64,000 nucleotides of DNA from the human T2T-CHM13v2.0 reference genome, Homo sapiens (GCF_009914755.1 NC_060925.1), one strand, 5' to 3'. Positions 18,661-45,924 are shown, counted from the first letter of the stretch. The notes: generated by a model not told the origin, from the letters alone. A program made the numbers and translations.

Positions 18661-18967
18661 GGCCAGGCGCGGTGGCTCACGCCTGTAATCCCAGCACTTT
18701 GGGAGGCCAAGGCAGGCGGATCACAAGGTCAGGAGATGGAGACCATCCTGGCTAACAAGGTGAAACCCCGTCTCTACTAAAAATACAAAAATACAAAAAA
18801 TTAGCTGGGCGTGGTGGCGGGCGCCTGTAGTCCCAGCTACTCAGGAAGCTGAGGCAGGAGAATGGCGTGAACCTTGGAGGCGGAGCTTACAGTGAGCCGA
18901 GATCGCGCCACTGTACTCCATACTGGGAGAGAGAGCGAGACTCTGTTTCAAAAAAAAAAAAAAAAAA
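18661..18967 (+). mobile_element. AluY element ~100 nt upstream of exon 7
   Basis: AluY-type GAATGGCGTGAACC...GGAGCTT, perfect TSD AAGAATCATTGCT (18648-18660, 18966-18978). Confidence 0.95.
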
Positions 18968-19049
18968 GAATCATTGCTGTAGATTATAGGATTATTTAAT
19001 TACAAAGTGAAATGAAATTTTCTTGCGTTTTTCTTTGTATTCTTACTGA

Positions 19050-19280
<231 letters not shown>

Positions 19281-19591
19281 TGAAAAATACAGTTGGCTTA
19301 GTTATTTTTCCATGTTTCTGAAAGACAAGTAGTGAAGGTGTTAATTCTTGTATTCTTTTATGGAAAATATTTTCCTGAAATTTTCTACTGAGTCCTGTAG
19401 TAAATAATTTCAGGGGTACATTATGTAATGTATTTTGATTTCCTGTATGCTTTTCTTTTCCATTTTTTTCTGTTTTTTTTTGTTGTTGTTTTTGTTGTTG
19501 TTGTTCATAGATACTTTACATTCTTTTTCTCCATGGTAATCCTCAAAGATGGGAAGATTTGTTCAGACTACGTAATTATCAACGGATAGGA

Positions 19592-20031
19592 TATATTAGT
19601 TTCCTAGGCTGCTCTAAAAACTAGTACCTACTCCATGGTTTAAAACAACAGAAAGTTTTTGTCTTACAGTTCTGGAAGCTAGAAACTTAAAATAAGGTGT
19701 CAGAAAAGCCATGCTCCCTCTGAAACCTATAGGGGAGAATCCTTTGCCCCTTTCTAGCTTTTGGTGGTCGCTGTCAGTCCATGATGGGCCTTGGCTCACA
19801 GGTTTGTCATTGCAATCTCTGCTTCTATTGTCATATGGTTTTCTCCCTGCGTGTCTTCACATTGTCGTCTTATAAAGACACTAGTCGTATTGTATTAAGA
19901 CCTACCTTAATAACCTCACATTAGCTTGATTACATTTGCAAAGATGCAATTTCCAAATAAGGTCACACTAACAGATACCCGGAGTTAAGACTTCACAGTA
20001 TCATTTGGGGGTCACAATTCAACCCATAACA
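19592..20031 (-). mobile_element. MLT1 (MaLR) solo LTR
   Basis: TATATTAGTTTCCTAGGCTGCT...AATTCAACCCATAACA, with 5-bp TSD TAGGA/TGGGA. Confidence 0.8.
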
Positions 20032-20117
20032 TGGGATAAGAAAATTGCCCTTGCCTCAGGGTCTGTTTCTGGAGAACTCACCCTAACACAGTCACCAACA
20101 GGCATATTGCTAATTTT

Positions 20118-24594
<4,477 letters not shown>

Positions 24595-24651
24595 CATATT
24601 GTTAAATTTAATGGGCACATTAGTTCCCTTATTTGAATAAGAAAATTGCCC

Positions 24652-25477
24652 TGGGCAAAGTACATCAACAGATGCTTCTCAAAAGAAAGACATACAAGTG
24701 ACCAATAAACATATGAAAAAATGCTCAATGTCACTAATCCTCAGAAAAGTACAAATCAAAACCACAATGAGATGCCATCTCACACCAGTTGGAATAGCTA
24801 TTATTAAAAAGTCAAAAAATAACAGATGTTGGCAAGTCTGCAGAGAGAAGGAAATGCTCATACATTGTTCTTAGGATTGTAAATTAGTTCAGCCTCTGTG
24901 GAAAGCAGTTTGGAGATTTCTCAGAGAACTAAAAATAGAATTACCATTCAACCCAGCAATCCCATTACTGGATATATACCCAAACATAAATAAATTGTTC
25001 TCCCAAAAAGACACCTGCACTCACATGTTTATTGCAACATTATTCACGGCAGCAAAGACATGGAATGAACCCAGGTGCCCATCAACAGTGGACTGGGTGA
25101 AGAAAATTTGGTACATATACACCTTGGAATACTATGCTGTTATAAAAAGAATGAAATCATGTTCTTTTTGGCAGCATGGATGTAGCTGGAGGCCATTATT
25201 CTAAGTGAATGAACGCAGAAACAGAAAACCAAATACTGCATGTTCTTACTTATATGTGGGAGCTAAACATTGGGTACACATGGGGATATAAAGATGGGAA
25301 CAATAGCTATTGGGGACTCCAAAAGGGGAGAGGAATGGGGCAAGGGTTCAAAACTATTGGGTACTATGTTTACTATCTGAGTGCTGGATTCAATCAAAGC
25401 CCAAACTTCAGCATCAAACAATGTATCTATGCAACAAACCTGCACATGTACCCTGTAAATCCAAAATAATTTTTTTT
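24652..25477 (+). mobile_element. Older primate L1 3' fragment (L1PA15/16- or L1PB-like)
   Basis: Degenerate ORF2 C-terminus plus 3'UTR ending AAACCTGCACATGTACCCTGTAAATCCAAAATAA. Confidence 0.8.
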
Positions 25478-25490
25478 AAAAAGGAAAAGA

Positions 25491-31611
<6,121 letters not shown>

Positions 31612-32547
31612 AAAAAGGAAAAGAAAGTTGCCTTTGCAACCTGGCTGTTTGTCCACTGGCATGGTGGTGCAGTTTTATTCTTAAATCTGTAGTTGGAAGG
31701 ATAGTTTATATGTACTACTCTTTGTCCAGTATTTGGTTGCTTTCAGCTTGGTCTGTCTTCCATACCTCCACTTGCCTGACTACCCTAGCTTGTGTTCTGG
31801 TAGTCTAAATGAAAGTGGTGCATTCAAATCTAGAAGGCATTTACTACCTGAGTAGGTTTTCTTCAGTCCAATTCCAAATACCTTTAATTAGCGTAATTCC
31901 TTCAAAATTCTGGTATTATATTGACTGTGACTCTGCCTGTCCAATGTTGTCCAGTATATTCTTTTTTAAATATGTATATTCCTGTGTATTTAGTATTGGG
32001 AAAGGCAGAAAGAGGCCATTTTTAACTATCCTTTTCTTGTTAATAGCAACATCTTGTTGGTCTACCTATACCTGCCATTTAGTGTAATACGTAAGTGCCA
32101 AGAATATGAAAAGTCATTTAATCATGTTACATTGGTCAAGCTCCAACCATTGATACCTTTTTAAACTTTCTGCTACCAAATATGCATTTATACTTATCTA
32201 CTTTTCACTCCCTTTGTTTAAGCCAGAAGTGGTATTCTCTAGCTAATTCCTCCATCTGTTCCCTGGATCCCATCCTTGCACTTATCTCCTGTATCTTCAT
32301 TATTTTTCTCTCCATGGCCTTCTTCTAAGAGGATTTAAACTTCCTCATGTCTCTCCTATCTTTGTAAAAACTCTCCCTGGACTTCATCTTTTCTAGCTAC
32401 CACTATATCACTTCTCTATTCACAGCCAAACCTGTTGAAAAACAAATTTCCTATGCTCACTATCTTCTCTTCATCACTATGTCTCAATGTGCTGCAATCT
32501 TATTTCTGTGCCCAGTACTGTGCTGAGACTGCTCTTGTCAAGGTCAC

Positions 32548-33258
<711 letters not shown>

Positions 33259-33669
33259 GTCAACAACAGGCATATTGTTAAATGTAATGGACACGTTAGT
33301 TCTCTTATTTGAATAAGAGAAATGTCCACAATTTATTTGATACTGCTGAATATCTGTCATTATTGAATTACTGCCTTTCTTTGTTTCTGTGATTACACAA
33401 CCTCCTGATCTTCTTCCTATGTCTTTGTGGTTTCCTTCTGAGTCTTTTAAATATACTTCTCTTCCTTTGCTTATTTCCTAAATGCTATGGCTCTTCAAAG
33501 ATATGTTCTGGGTTGTCCTTTTATCCTGAATTTCCTTATTGTATGACTTACCCAGTTTCATGGTTTTATGACTATTATTCACATATTCATGACTTCCAAA
33601 TTTACATCTCATGCCTAAATATCTCTCCAGAACTTTGGACTCAAATATCTTATTGCCTTCTGAGCATTT

Positions 33670-34000
33670 GCTGTGATCTACATGTTGTGCTTCTCCAAAA
33701 TTCATATGTTGAAGTCCTCACCTTCAAGGTGATAGTATTAGGACGTGGGGCCTTTAGGGGGTGGTTACACAAGGGTAGCCAGAGACCTCATGAATGGGAT
33801 CAGTGCCCTTATAAGAGAAGCTCAAGGGAGACTCCTTGCCCCTTCTACCATGTGAAGATACAGCGAGAAGGTACCATCTATGAGTCAGAAAGTGGGCTCT
33901 TACCGGACACTGAATCTGCCCAGCAGAAAATAAATTTCTCTTGTTTATAAGCCACTCAGCTTGTGGTAATTTTTTATAGCAGCTTGAATGGAATAAGAGC
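33670..34000 (+). mobile_element. MLT1A-like MaLR LTR
   Basis: CCAAAATTCATATGTTGAAGTCCT...AATAAATTTCTCTTGTTTATAAGCCAC. Confidence 0.75.
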
Positions 34001-34053
34001 ATTTGTTAGGTGTTCCTCAATCACCTGAAAGTTAATGTACCCAAATTGTGCCC

Positions 34054-34353
<300 letters not shown>

Positions 34354-34693
34354 CCATCTTCTTTTCTAAATCAGTTCTTCCTGGTTTCAGTGAATAGCTC
34401 CACATCCACCCTCTTTATGCAAGCTAGATACATGAAAGTCATTCTTAACTCTTACCTTCCTTCCAATCAGTCATCAAATCTGCCATGTCTCCTTGCTATA
34501 TACCTCTTGGATGTATCTGCTTCTTCTATCCCCATGGCTGCCACTCCAGCCCAGGATACCTTAATTCTCTCATCTCATTTCTTATAAGAGCCTCCTATTT
34601 GGTCACCCTTCTCCAACCTTGCTGTTTCTAGCCTTTTCTCTACATTGTTGCCTGAGTGATCTTTTGAAAACATAAATCTGAGACTATCACTCT

Positions 34694-35200
34694 GTATTCA
34701 TTTCTTAATGTTGATATAAAACATCACCACAAATTTAGGGGCTTAAAACAACACGAATGTATTATCTCACAGTTCTGGAGGTCTGAAATCAGTTTCACTG
34801 GGCTAAAATCAGTATGTCAGCAGGTCTACATTTTTCCAAAGGCTCTGGAGGGGGAGTCCATTTCCTTGCTCTTTCTACTTTCTAGAGGCCGCCTACATTT
34901 CTTGGCTCTTAGCCCTTCCTCTATCTTTAAAGCCAGAAGTAGATCATTTTCCCTTCCTCTGACTTCTGCTTTTGTACTTATATCTTCTCTCTCTGACACT
35001 GATCCTCCTGCCACCCTCTTGTAAGGACTCTTAAGATTACACTGGGGCCAAGAGACAATCCAGGATAATCTCTCCATCTCAAGACCCTTAATTTAATCCC
35101 AACTAGAAACTTCCTTTTATCAGTTAACATATTCACAAATTCCAGAAATTAGGAAGCAGATCTCTTTGGGGGTCTGGGGGAGGGTGGTGGTTACTATACT
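34694..35200 (-). mobile_element. MLT1C/D-like MaLR LTR
   Basis: TGTATTCATTTC...CACAAATTTAGGGGCTTAAAACAACAC...CACAGTTCTGGAGG. Confidence 0.75.
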
Positions 35201-35852
35201 CATCTGCATAAAATCCTTCAATCTTTTCTCTTTAGATTCTCTTCTCACAACTTTTAGATTAAAATGCAAACTTTTCTATATAGCTGTTTTCCTGTAATCT
35301 CCCACAGCATCTCTTGATACTCTTCACTCTCCATTTTCTCTTCTAGTCTAAATGAACTTCTTTAAGTTACTTAAACATATCTGCTGTCATTTTCTGGCTT
35401 TGGAACGCTGTAATTTTTGCCTAGAATACCTCTTCCTCCTTCCCTGCAACCCCTTCTCCCAGGCTTCTCTAGCTAACTGCAGTTCATCTTTTATCATTCC
35501 AGTTTAGATGTGACTTTTGCTACAGGCCTTTCTAATTCCGCAAGTCAGTGTTAGGCATCTTTAATACATGTTTCCTGTAGTATCTTGTTATGATGACACT
35601 TATTTTTCTTTTTGTAAATGCATGTTTTGTTTGATAATTCTTATATAAGGCTAGGACATAACAGTTTAACATATTTGTTAAACTATTGATTTGTTGTTGA
35701 ATCTGTTGAAATTGTATTCTGTTATTCCCAAGACAATACTGTTTGTATGATAAAATTTTGATGATAAACTTGGATTTTTTTAAACTTTAATTTTGATATA
35801 TTTTAAGTTTTTAAATTCCTTATGACTGAAAATTTCAAAGTGATATCTATAG

Positions 35853-36201
<349 letters not shown>

Positions 36202-36214
36202 TAACACACAATAA

Positions 36215-37362
<1,148 letters not shown>

Positions 37363-37819
37363 AAAATATAAGAATCTAAACCTTTTAAAAAAAACCCATT
37401 ACCTCCTTTATTATAGGCATTCTATAAGTGTTAGGGATAAAAAGATGAGGAACATTAAGCTATATCTGTCCTCAAGGACCTCACATCCATGTTCGGGCAA
37501 CAGAACTCTAATTAAATAATTTTGATGCAATGTGATACATGCAATAACAATTGAGTAGTTCATGGGAACACAGAGAAGGGAGTTGGGATAAAGACAGAAT
37601 CCAGATGGGATTTGCAGGAATAATATTTCAGCTTTGTCTTAAAAGAAGGAGTAGGATTTTAGCAACAGGAGAATCCTAGCAGTGATATTCGAGATGAAGG
37701 GAACATGCCTGTGCAAGGTATGTTGATGTCCATAGCAGTAATGCAGATGTTTTTTGGATATAGTGGTTAGGATAAGGATCTGGTATGCATGCCATTGGCT
37801 ATGATCTTGACCAGTCATT

Positions 37820-38158
37820 TCCTTCCCTCCCTCCCTCCCTCCCGCTTTCTCTTCTTTTTTTTTGTTCTCTCTCTCTTTCTTTCACAGGGTCTCACTCTGT
37901 CACCCAGACTATAGTGCAGTGGCACTATCATATCTTACTATAACAAACCTCTGGGTTCAAGTGATCCTTTTGCTGCAGCCTCTTGAGAAGCTATGTCTAC
38001 AGGCCTGCACCACCATGCCTGGCTAATTTTTACATTTTTTGTAGAGCCAGGGTCTTGCTCTGTTGCCCAGGCTGAACTTGAACTCCTGACTTCAAGCAAT
38101 CCTCTCATCTCAACCTCCCAAAGTGCTGGGATTGCAGGCACAAGTCACTGTGCCTGGC
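37820..38158 (-). mobile_element. AluJ with pyrimidine microsatellite tail
   Basis: (CCCT)n/(CT)n tail followed by a diverged reverse Alu. Confidence 0.85.
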
Positions 38159-39047
38159 TGTACTTAGGTTGATATAAAAGAGCTTGCTGTATTTAAGGAT
38201 TGGCCAGTAGTTATTTATGACTTAAAGCCTTGGGGAATGGCAGGAAATGAGGATTGAGACTAGACTATGAAGGGCCTTTTTATAATGCTAAGGAGTTTAA
38301 TTTTTTTCCTTCAGGCTATATGGAGCTGACATTCTGAACCTAGAGAGTACTGATCAAATCCTATTTTAGAAACATTCTGGTTGTAGTGATAGATTTGGGG
38401 AAAGGAAGAAGGAGGAGTCTGGAAAGAGAAAGAGCAATATAAATGAGGGCTAAAGGGAGTCTGACTAATAGAATCACATGTAAAATGTCATAATAGTATT
38501 GTGCCATATTGCACATAATGAAGAATATAACCGCGATATATTCAGCCTATTCTAATTTTTTAAACTATTGGTGAAAAGAGCCAAACTCTGTAAAATATTT
38601 GAAGAGATTTATTTTGAGCCAAATATGAGTGACCATGGCCCATGAACACAGCCCTCAGGAGGTCCTGAGAACATGTGCCCAAGATAGTCGGAGTACAGCT
38701 TGGTTTTGTATATTTTAGGGAGGCATGAGACATCAATCAAATACATTTAAGAAGTACAATGGTTTGGTTCAGAAAGGCAGGACAACTCAAAGCAGGCGGT
38801 GGGACTTCCAGACTGTAGGTAAATTTAAACATTTTCTAGTTGACAATTGGTTGAGTTTATCTGAAGACCTGGGAATGTTCAGGTTAAGATAAAGGATTAT
38901 GGGGACCAAGTTTTATTGTGTAGAGGAATCTCTCAGATAGCAGACTTCAGAGAGATAGCAGGTTGTAAAATGTTTCTCACTGGACCTGAAAGGATGCCTG
39001 GCTCTTAGTTGATTATCTTCTGGATCTGGAAAGAAAGGAAGGAAAAC

Positions 39048-40052
39048 TGTGGGCAGGAAGCCACCCAGGCCCCTAGGAAAGAGACCGAGGACAGGAGCTG
39101 TTCCAGTATAGTAAAATATAAAACAAGAATAGTTATACCAGATATAGATCTTAGATATGATTATATATGAATATCATTAATCATTAGTTTGTAGCAATTA
39201 CTCTTTATTCCAATATTATAATAATCCTCACTCTATAATCATACCCTAGGAAAAACCAGGCCATACAGAGATAGGAGCTGAGGAGACACAGTGAGAAGTG
39301 ACCAGAAGACAAGAGTGCGAGCCTTCTGTTATGCCCGGACAGGGCCACCAGAGGGCTCCTTGGTCTAGTGGTAATGCCAGCGTCTGGGAAGACGCCCGTT
39401 GCCAGGCGGACCTTGGTCTAGCGGTAGCATAAGTGTCAAGGGAAAACACCCGCTACTTAGCAGACCGGGAAAGGGAGTCTCCCTTTCCCCAGGGGAGTTT
39501 AGAGAAGACTCTACTCCTCCACCTCTTGTGGAGGGCCTGACATTAGTCAGGCTCGTCCACAGTTATCCGGAGGCCTAACAGTCTCACTGTGATGCTGTGC
39601 TTCAGTGGTCACACTCCTAGTCTGCCTTCGTGTTCCATCCTGTACACCTGGCTCTGCCTTCTAGATAGCAGTAATAAATTAGTGAAAGTACTAAAAGTCT
39701 CTGATATGCAGAAATAATGGCATAAGCTGTCCTTCTCTTTGTCTCCTCTCTCTCTCTGCCTCGGCTGCCAGGCAGGGAAGGGCCCCCTGTCCAGTGGACA
39801 CGTGACCCACGTGACCTTACCTATCATTGGAGATGACTCACACTCTTTACCCTGCCCCTTTTGCTTTGTATCCAATAAATAACAGCGCAGCCAGACATTC
39901 GGGGCCACTACCGGTCTCCGTGCATTGGTCATAGTGGTCCCCTGGCCCAGCTGCCTTTTCTTTTATCTCTTTGTCTTGTGTCTTTATTTCTACACTCTCT
40001 CGTCGCTGCACACGGGGAGAAACTCACCCACCCTGTGGGGCTGGACCCTACA
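39048..40052 (+). mobile_element. LTR13 (HERV-K13/HML-4) solo LTR
   Basis: TGTGGGCAGGAAGCCACCCAGG...GGACCCTACA, 1005 bp. Perfect 6-bp TSD GAAAAC (39042-39047, 40053-40058), typical of class II ERVs. AATAAA at 39874. Confidence 0.85.
39343..39359 (+). promoter_or_regulatory. CTCF-like motif in LTR13
   Basis: GGCCACCAGAGGGCTCC closely matches the CTCF core (GGCCACCAGGGGGCGC). Motif only; no binding data. Confidence 0.6.
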
Positions 40053-40475
40053 GAAAACGAAGGGGTAAGGGGATTCTCTATAGAATGTGAATTATTCCCA
40101 CAAGAGACTTTGCAGGGCAATTTCAAGGCATGGCAAGGACATATATTTTGGGGTTAAATATTGTATTCCTTGTTTCATAATGTTATGCCAGAGTCAGATT
40201 GAAAAGCAAATCACAATATGCAGGGTCAAATAAAACCCATCTCATGAGAATCTATGGTTTGTAGGGCATAACTCCCTAGACCCCTTAGGTAGGAATTTGG
40301 GCCAGATACAAAATCAGAGCTTAGGCCTCAAAACAGTTTTAACATAATGAATTACCATAGAAACAGAAAATTAGAAAGGGGACAGTTCTAGAGGTAGGCA
40401 AACTGAAAACTATCAAAAGACACCTGACAGTTTGAACAGGTAGCAGGTAAAATAAACATTTTCTTATTTTGTGGG

Positions 40476-40771
<296 letters not shown>

Positions 40772-40974
40772 TCTTATTTTGTGTTTTAAGGGATAACAGC
40801 ATGACACCACTTTGAGAGTGTTAATAAGTCTACACAAAAACTTTTAATGTTATATATTACTATGATAATAACCATGAGTCATTAAGAAATAGTTATCATT
40901 GTTCACTGTATTTCAAGTATGGGGAAATAAGTACATTTTAAAACAATCTCTATGTTAAATGGTTAAAGTTTATT

Positions 40975-41288
40975 ACTTATTTATATTTATTTTTATTAAT
41001 TTTTTTGAGACAGAGTCTGACTCTGTTGCCCAGGCTGGAGTGCAGTGGCACAATCTTGGCTCACTGCAACTTCTATCTCCCTGGCTCAAGCCATCCTCCC
41101 ACCTCAGCCTCCTGAGTAGCTGGGACTACAGGTGGGCACCATCCCACATGGCTGATTGTTGTATTTTTTGTAGAGACAGGGTCTCACTGTGTTGCCAAGG
41201 CTGGTCTCAAACTCCTAAGCTCAAGTGATCTCCTGCCTTGGCCTCCCAAAGTGCTGGGATTATAGGTGTAAGCCACCACACCTGGGCT
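40975..41288 (-). mobile_element. AluJb-like element
   Basis: Reverse Alu with TSD AAATGGTTAAA(A)GTTT. Confidence 0.9.
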
Positions 41289-41451
41289 GAAATGGTTAAA
41301 AGTTTTTTAAAAAAATACCTGGGGATATTTAAAAGGGATAGTTTACAATTTTCTATAAATTTATTTTTGTAGAACACTGTAAGCTGGAAAATAAATTGAG
41401 AAGAATAAAATAAGTTTTTGAGTGGTGGTACATGCAAGACACTTTACACAT

Positions 41452-43955
41452 TGCCATAGTCTATTTGTGTTGCAGTAATAAAATACCTGAGACTAGGTAA
41501 TTTATAAAGAACAGTGATTTATTTCTTACAGTTCTGAAGGCTGGGATCTGCAAGGTTAAGGGACCTGTATCTGGTGAGGGCCTTCTTGATGCATCATCCC
41601 ACGCCAAAAGGCAGAAGGACAAGAGAGCACACATACAAGAGAGAGAGGAAGGGGAGCAAACTCATCCTTTTATCCAGAATTTACTTCCAGAACAAGTAAC
41701 CCACTTCTGTGATAATGGCATTAATCCATTCATGAGGGCAGAGCCCTCTTCACCTAATCACCCTTTAAAGGTCCCACCTCTCAACAAGGTTGCACTGAGA
41801 TTAAGTTTCTAATGCATGAACTTTGGGGACACATTCAAACCATAGCACTCTGCTCCTGGCTCCCTCAAATTCATGTCCTTCTCACATGCAAAATACATTC
41901 ATTTCATCCCAATAGGCCTAAAGTCTTAACTTGTTTCAACACTTACTCAAAAGTCCAGAATCTCATCTGAATCAGATATGTGAGACTCAAGGCATGATTC
42001 CTCCTGAGGCAAATTCCCCACCAGCTATGAGCCTATGAAATTAAAAAAGTTATCTACATCCAAAATGTTGGGACAGGCATAGGATAAACATTCCCATTAC
42101 AAAAGGGAGAAATAGGCAATAAGAAAGGAGTAACAGGCCCAAGGAAATCAGTTCAAACCTCACAAGGAAAACAACAGTAAGTCTTAAGAAGAAGAATCTT
42201 CTTTGACTCCATATCCCACATCAGGGGCACAGTGGGGAAGAAGTAGGGCTCTCAAGGCCTCAGGCAGCGTCAGGGCTTAGTCCACTCAGCAGCTCTCATG
42301 GTTTGCAGTCTCATGCCCATGGCTTTCTCAGATTGGAGTTACATGCTTGTGCCCCCTATAGTTCTGTGGTCTCAGGGTGGGGAGGTAGGGGGTGATTACC
42401 CACTCCCATGGCTTTACTAGGCATTGCCCTAGTGGGGACTCTGTGAATGATGGCCTCTATCCTATGGCTCCACCAGGCATAGTGGGGGCTTTCTGTGGTA
42501 GGTTCTCTGTGGTGGCTCTGCCCCATGATAAGTCTCTGCCTGGGCCCCAGGCTGTCCTCAACATCCTTTGAAATTTAGGCAGAAGCCACCATGGCTTCAT
42601 ACCTATTGCATTCTGTGTGCCTGCAGAATTAGCACCATGTGGACACTGCCAAGATACACAGCTTATACCTTCTGGAGCAGTGGGTTGAGCTGCAGCTGGG
42701 CTCACCTGAGCTACAGTTGTGGTGGCTGAGAGGTGCTATGCCAGAATTAAGGAAGCAGAGTTCCAGAGGTGCTATGCCAGAATTAAGGAAGCATTTGCAG
42801 GGCAGCAAATGCTGAGGTCTCACAAGCACCTTGCTGGAAACCTTGCCCTCAAGGTCCTAGCTTCCCTAGATCTCTGAAATGTTTTTGGGGTCATTCTCAT
42901 TGTTTTCATGAATAGAACCTGGCTTCTTTCTATACTAATATTTTTAGCAATCACTTGACCACACCCTTAGTATTCTCCCCCAAACATACATTTTATGTGG
43001 CCAGGCTAAGAGTTTTCATAATTTGTTTATTCTGCTTCTTTTTAAATTATAAATGTCATCTTTAAAGTATTTCTCCCTTCTCTCATTTTACTGTAAGTGA
43101 CTGAAAGAAGCTATGCAACATCTTGAATGCTTTACTGCCTAGGTAGCTCTTCTGCCAGATATCCTAGTTCATTCCTCTTAAGTTCTGCCTTCCACAATAT
43201 CCTAGGACATGGATACAGTTCTGCCAAGTTCTTTTCAACTGTAACAAGGATGGCCTTTACTCCAGTTTCCAAGATTTTGTTTTTCAGTTCCACCTGAGTC
43301 CTCATCAGAATGGCCTTTACTTTCCATATTTCTACCAATGTTCTGATCATGACCACTTAAGTAGTCTTTACAACATTCCAGACTTTCCTTACATTTCTTT
43401 CCTTTTTCTGAGCCTTCACTAGAATTGCCCTTAATGTTCTTCTGTTCATGGCAATCTGGGCTTTTTCTAACCTGCTCCTCCAAATTCTTCCAACCTCTAC
43501 CCATTCCTATTACCCAATTCCTAACCTGCTTCCACATTTTCAGGTATTTGTTATAGCAACAACCCCAGTCTTGGTACCAATTTTCTATCTTAGTTTGTTT
43601 TGTGCTGCTATAACAGAATATCTGAGACTGAGTAATTTATAAAGGACAGAGATTTATTTCTTACAGTTCTGGAGGTGGGGAAGATCAAAGTCAAGTGGCT
43701 CACATCTGGTGAGGGCCTTCCTGCTGCATCATAACATGGTGGAAGGGCAAGAGAGCATGCATGCATATGAGAGGAAGGGAGCTGAACTCATCCTTTTATC
43801 AAGAACCCACTCTCATGATAATAGCACTAATTCACTCACAGAGGCAGAGCCCTCATGACCTAACCATCTCTTAAAGATCCTACCTCTCAAGACAGTTGCA
43901 TTGGGGATCAAGTTTCCAACACATGAACGTTGGGGATCATATTCAAACCGTAGCA
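41452..43955 (-). mobile_element. Two-LTR MaLR (MST) provirus: LTR 41452-41847, internal 41848-43585, LTR 43586-43955
   Basis: Two same-orientation MST LTRs both ending TTCAAACC(A/G)TAGCA, flanking ~1.7 kb of MaLR-int sequence, inserted into a MIR. Confidence 0.85.
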
Positions 43956-44199
43956 CAAGTATTACCTCACTTAATTCTCACAACACACCTGGGAGGTAGA
44001 TGTTATCAGCATTTAAAAGATGAGAACAGCTATTGTTTAGAGAAGTTAGGTAACTCTTGGGAAGTTATGTGGTTAGTGGTTGAACTATACTTTTAAACTA
44101 AGGATCTTTTAAATATCATGAAGAAAAGTAGAGATCAAAAAGATGAGAAGAAAATTATGATAGACAATATCAAAACCAGAGAAGTAGAGTTTCAAGAAT

Positions 44200-44660
44200 G
44201 AGGGTAAGTCGTGTTGCTATAATAGAATACCTGAGGCTGGGTAATTTACGAAGAAACGAGTTTATTTGGGTCACAATTCCAGTGACTGGAAAGTCCAAGA
44301 GTATGGCATTGGCATCTACTCAGCCTCTGGTCAGGGCTTTCATGATGCATCATAACATGGAGGATGGTCAAGGAGGAAATAGACATATGCTAAGAGCAAA
44401 ATGAGGGGCATCCTCACTTTCTAACAACCTGTTCTTGTGTGGGAACTAGTCCCTTTCTGTGTAAACTAATCCAGTTTTATTAAGGGGTTAACTCACTCAT
44501 CACGGTAGGAATGGCACTAAGCTGCCCATGAGAGTGGAGCCTCTGTGACCCAAATGTTTTCCACTAGACTCCACCTATTAAATGTTTTATCTCCCAACAT
44601 CGCCACACTAGGAATTAAGGTTTCAACATGAGTTTTGGTGGGGACAGGCAAATCATAGCA
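44200..44660 (-). mobile_element. MST solo LTR
   Basis: GTTGCTATAATAGAATACCTGAGGCTGGGTAATTTA...AACATGAGTTTTGG...CATAGCA. Confidence 0.75.
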
Positions 44661-44860
44661 GAAGGGATGGTTAGCAGCATTAAATTTTGAGGTGAGATTG
44701 AGTAATCAAAATTAACAAAAGAGCATTAGAATTTAGTTATATTCATTTTACATGTAAGATAGTTAAAGAAGACAAAAAGTAATATTTGTAGGTAGAACTG
44801 TTCTATTTTATTCTTTGAGGATAATATTTTACATAGTCAATATTTTGAACTGTACCATAA

Positions 44861-45031
<171 letters not shown>

Positions 45032-45164
45032 TAACAATTGGAAAATATCAAAATGTTTTGGGAAAGTCCTTCATTATTGATATCTGGAGTATTTTATGCC
45101 ACTGTAGAGGAAACTTTTTTCCTAATGTATTATCCTGTATGTTATAGTGAAATTTAAAATTTCA

Positions 45165-45433
45165 GCCCGGCATGGTGGCTCATGCCTATAATCCCAACAC
45201 TTTGGGAGGTCAAGGCAGTTCAAGACAAGCCTGGGCAAGAAAGTGAGACCCCATCTCTACAAAGGATCAAAAAATTAGCTGGGCATGCTGTTGCATGCTT
45301 GTAGTCCCAGCTCCTGGGGAGGCTGAGGTGGGAGGATAACTTAAGCCTTGGGAGGTCAAGGCTGCAGTGAGCTGTGTTCGCATCACTGCACTCCAGCCTG
45401 GGTAACATAGTGAGGCCTTGTCACAAAAAAAAA
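45165..45433 (+). mobile_element. AluJ (left-arm deletion)
   Basis: Forward Alu ~200 nt after exon 8. Confidence 0.88.
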
Positions 45434-45597
45434 TTGCTTTTTAGATAGTTGAGGAATTGGCCTATTTTCACTGATCAAATATTAAGGAGTTATATATAAT
45501 TTTCAAAAGACTTAGACTATAATAATATTTGCCTAATAACTAACTAACTAAAATATATTAGAGCTAAAGATTCTTCTTAAAAGTGATCATTATGTGA

Positions 45598-45924
<327 letters not shown>

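Larger units (their letters stand above)
38566..40330 (-). mobile_element. MER4-family ERV1 solo LTR split by LTR13
   Basis: Minus strand starts TGAGGCCTAAGCTCTGATTTT and ends CAGAGTTTGGCTCTTTTCACCAATA. 4-bp TSD AAAC (38562-38565, 40331-40334). Confidence 0.8.

Noticed and set aside
31640-32100. Possible decayed coding sequence on the minus strand (GLFLPFP, faintly integrase-like)
   Set aside because: Stops nearby and no recognisable catalytic motifs. A tBLASTx or Dfam search would be needed to support it.
33513-33950. 145-aa plus-strand ORF
   Set aside because: Runs across L2-like and MLT1A sequence, starts at a non-ATG codon and has no recognisable domain.
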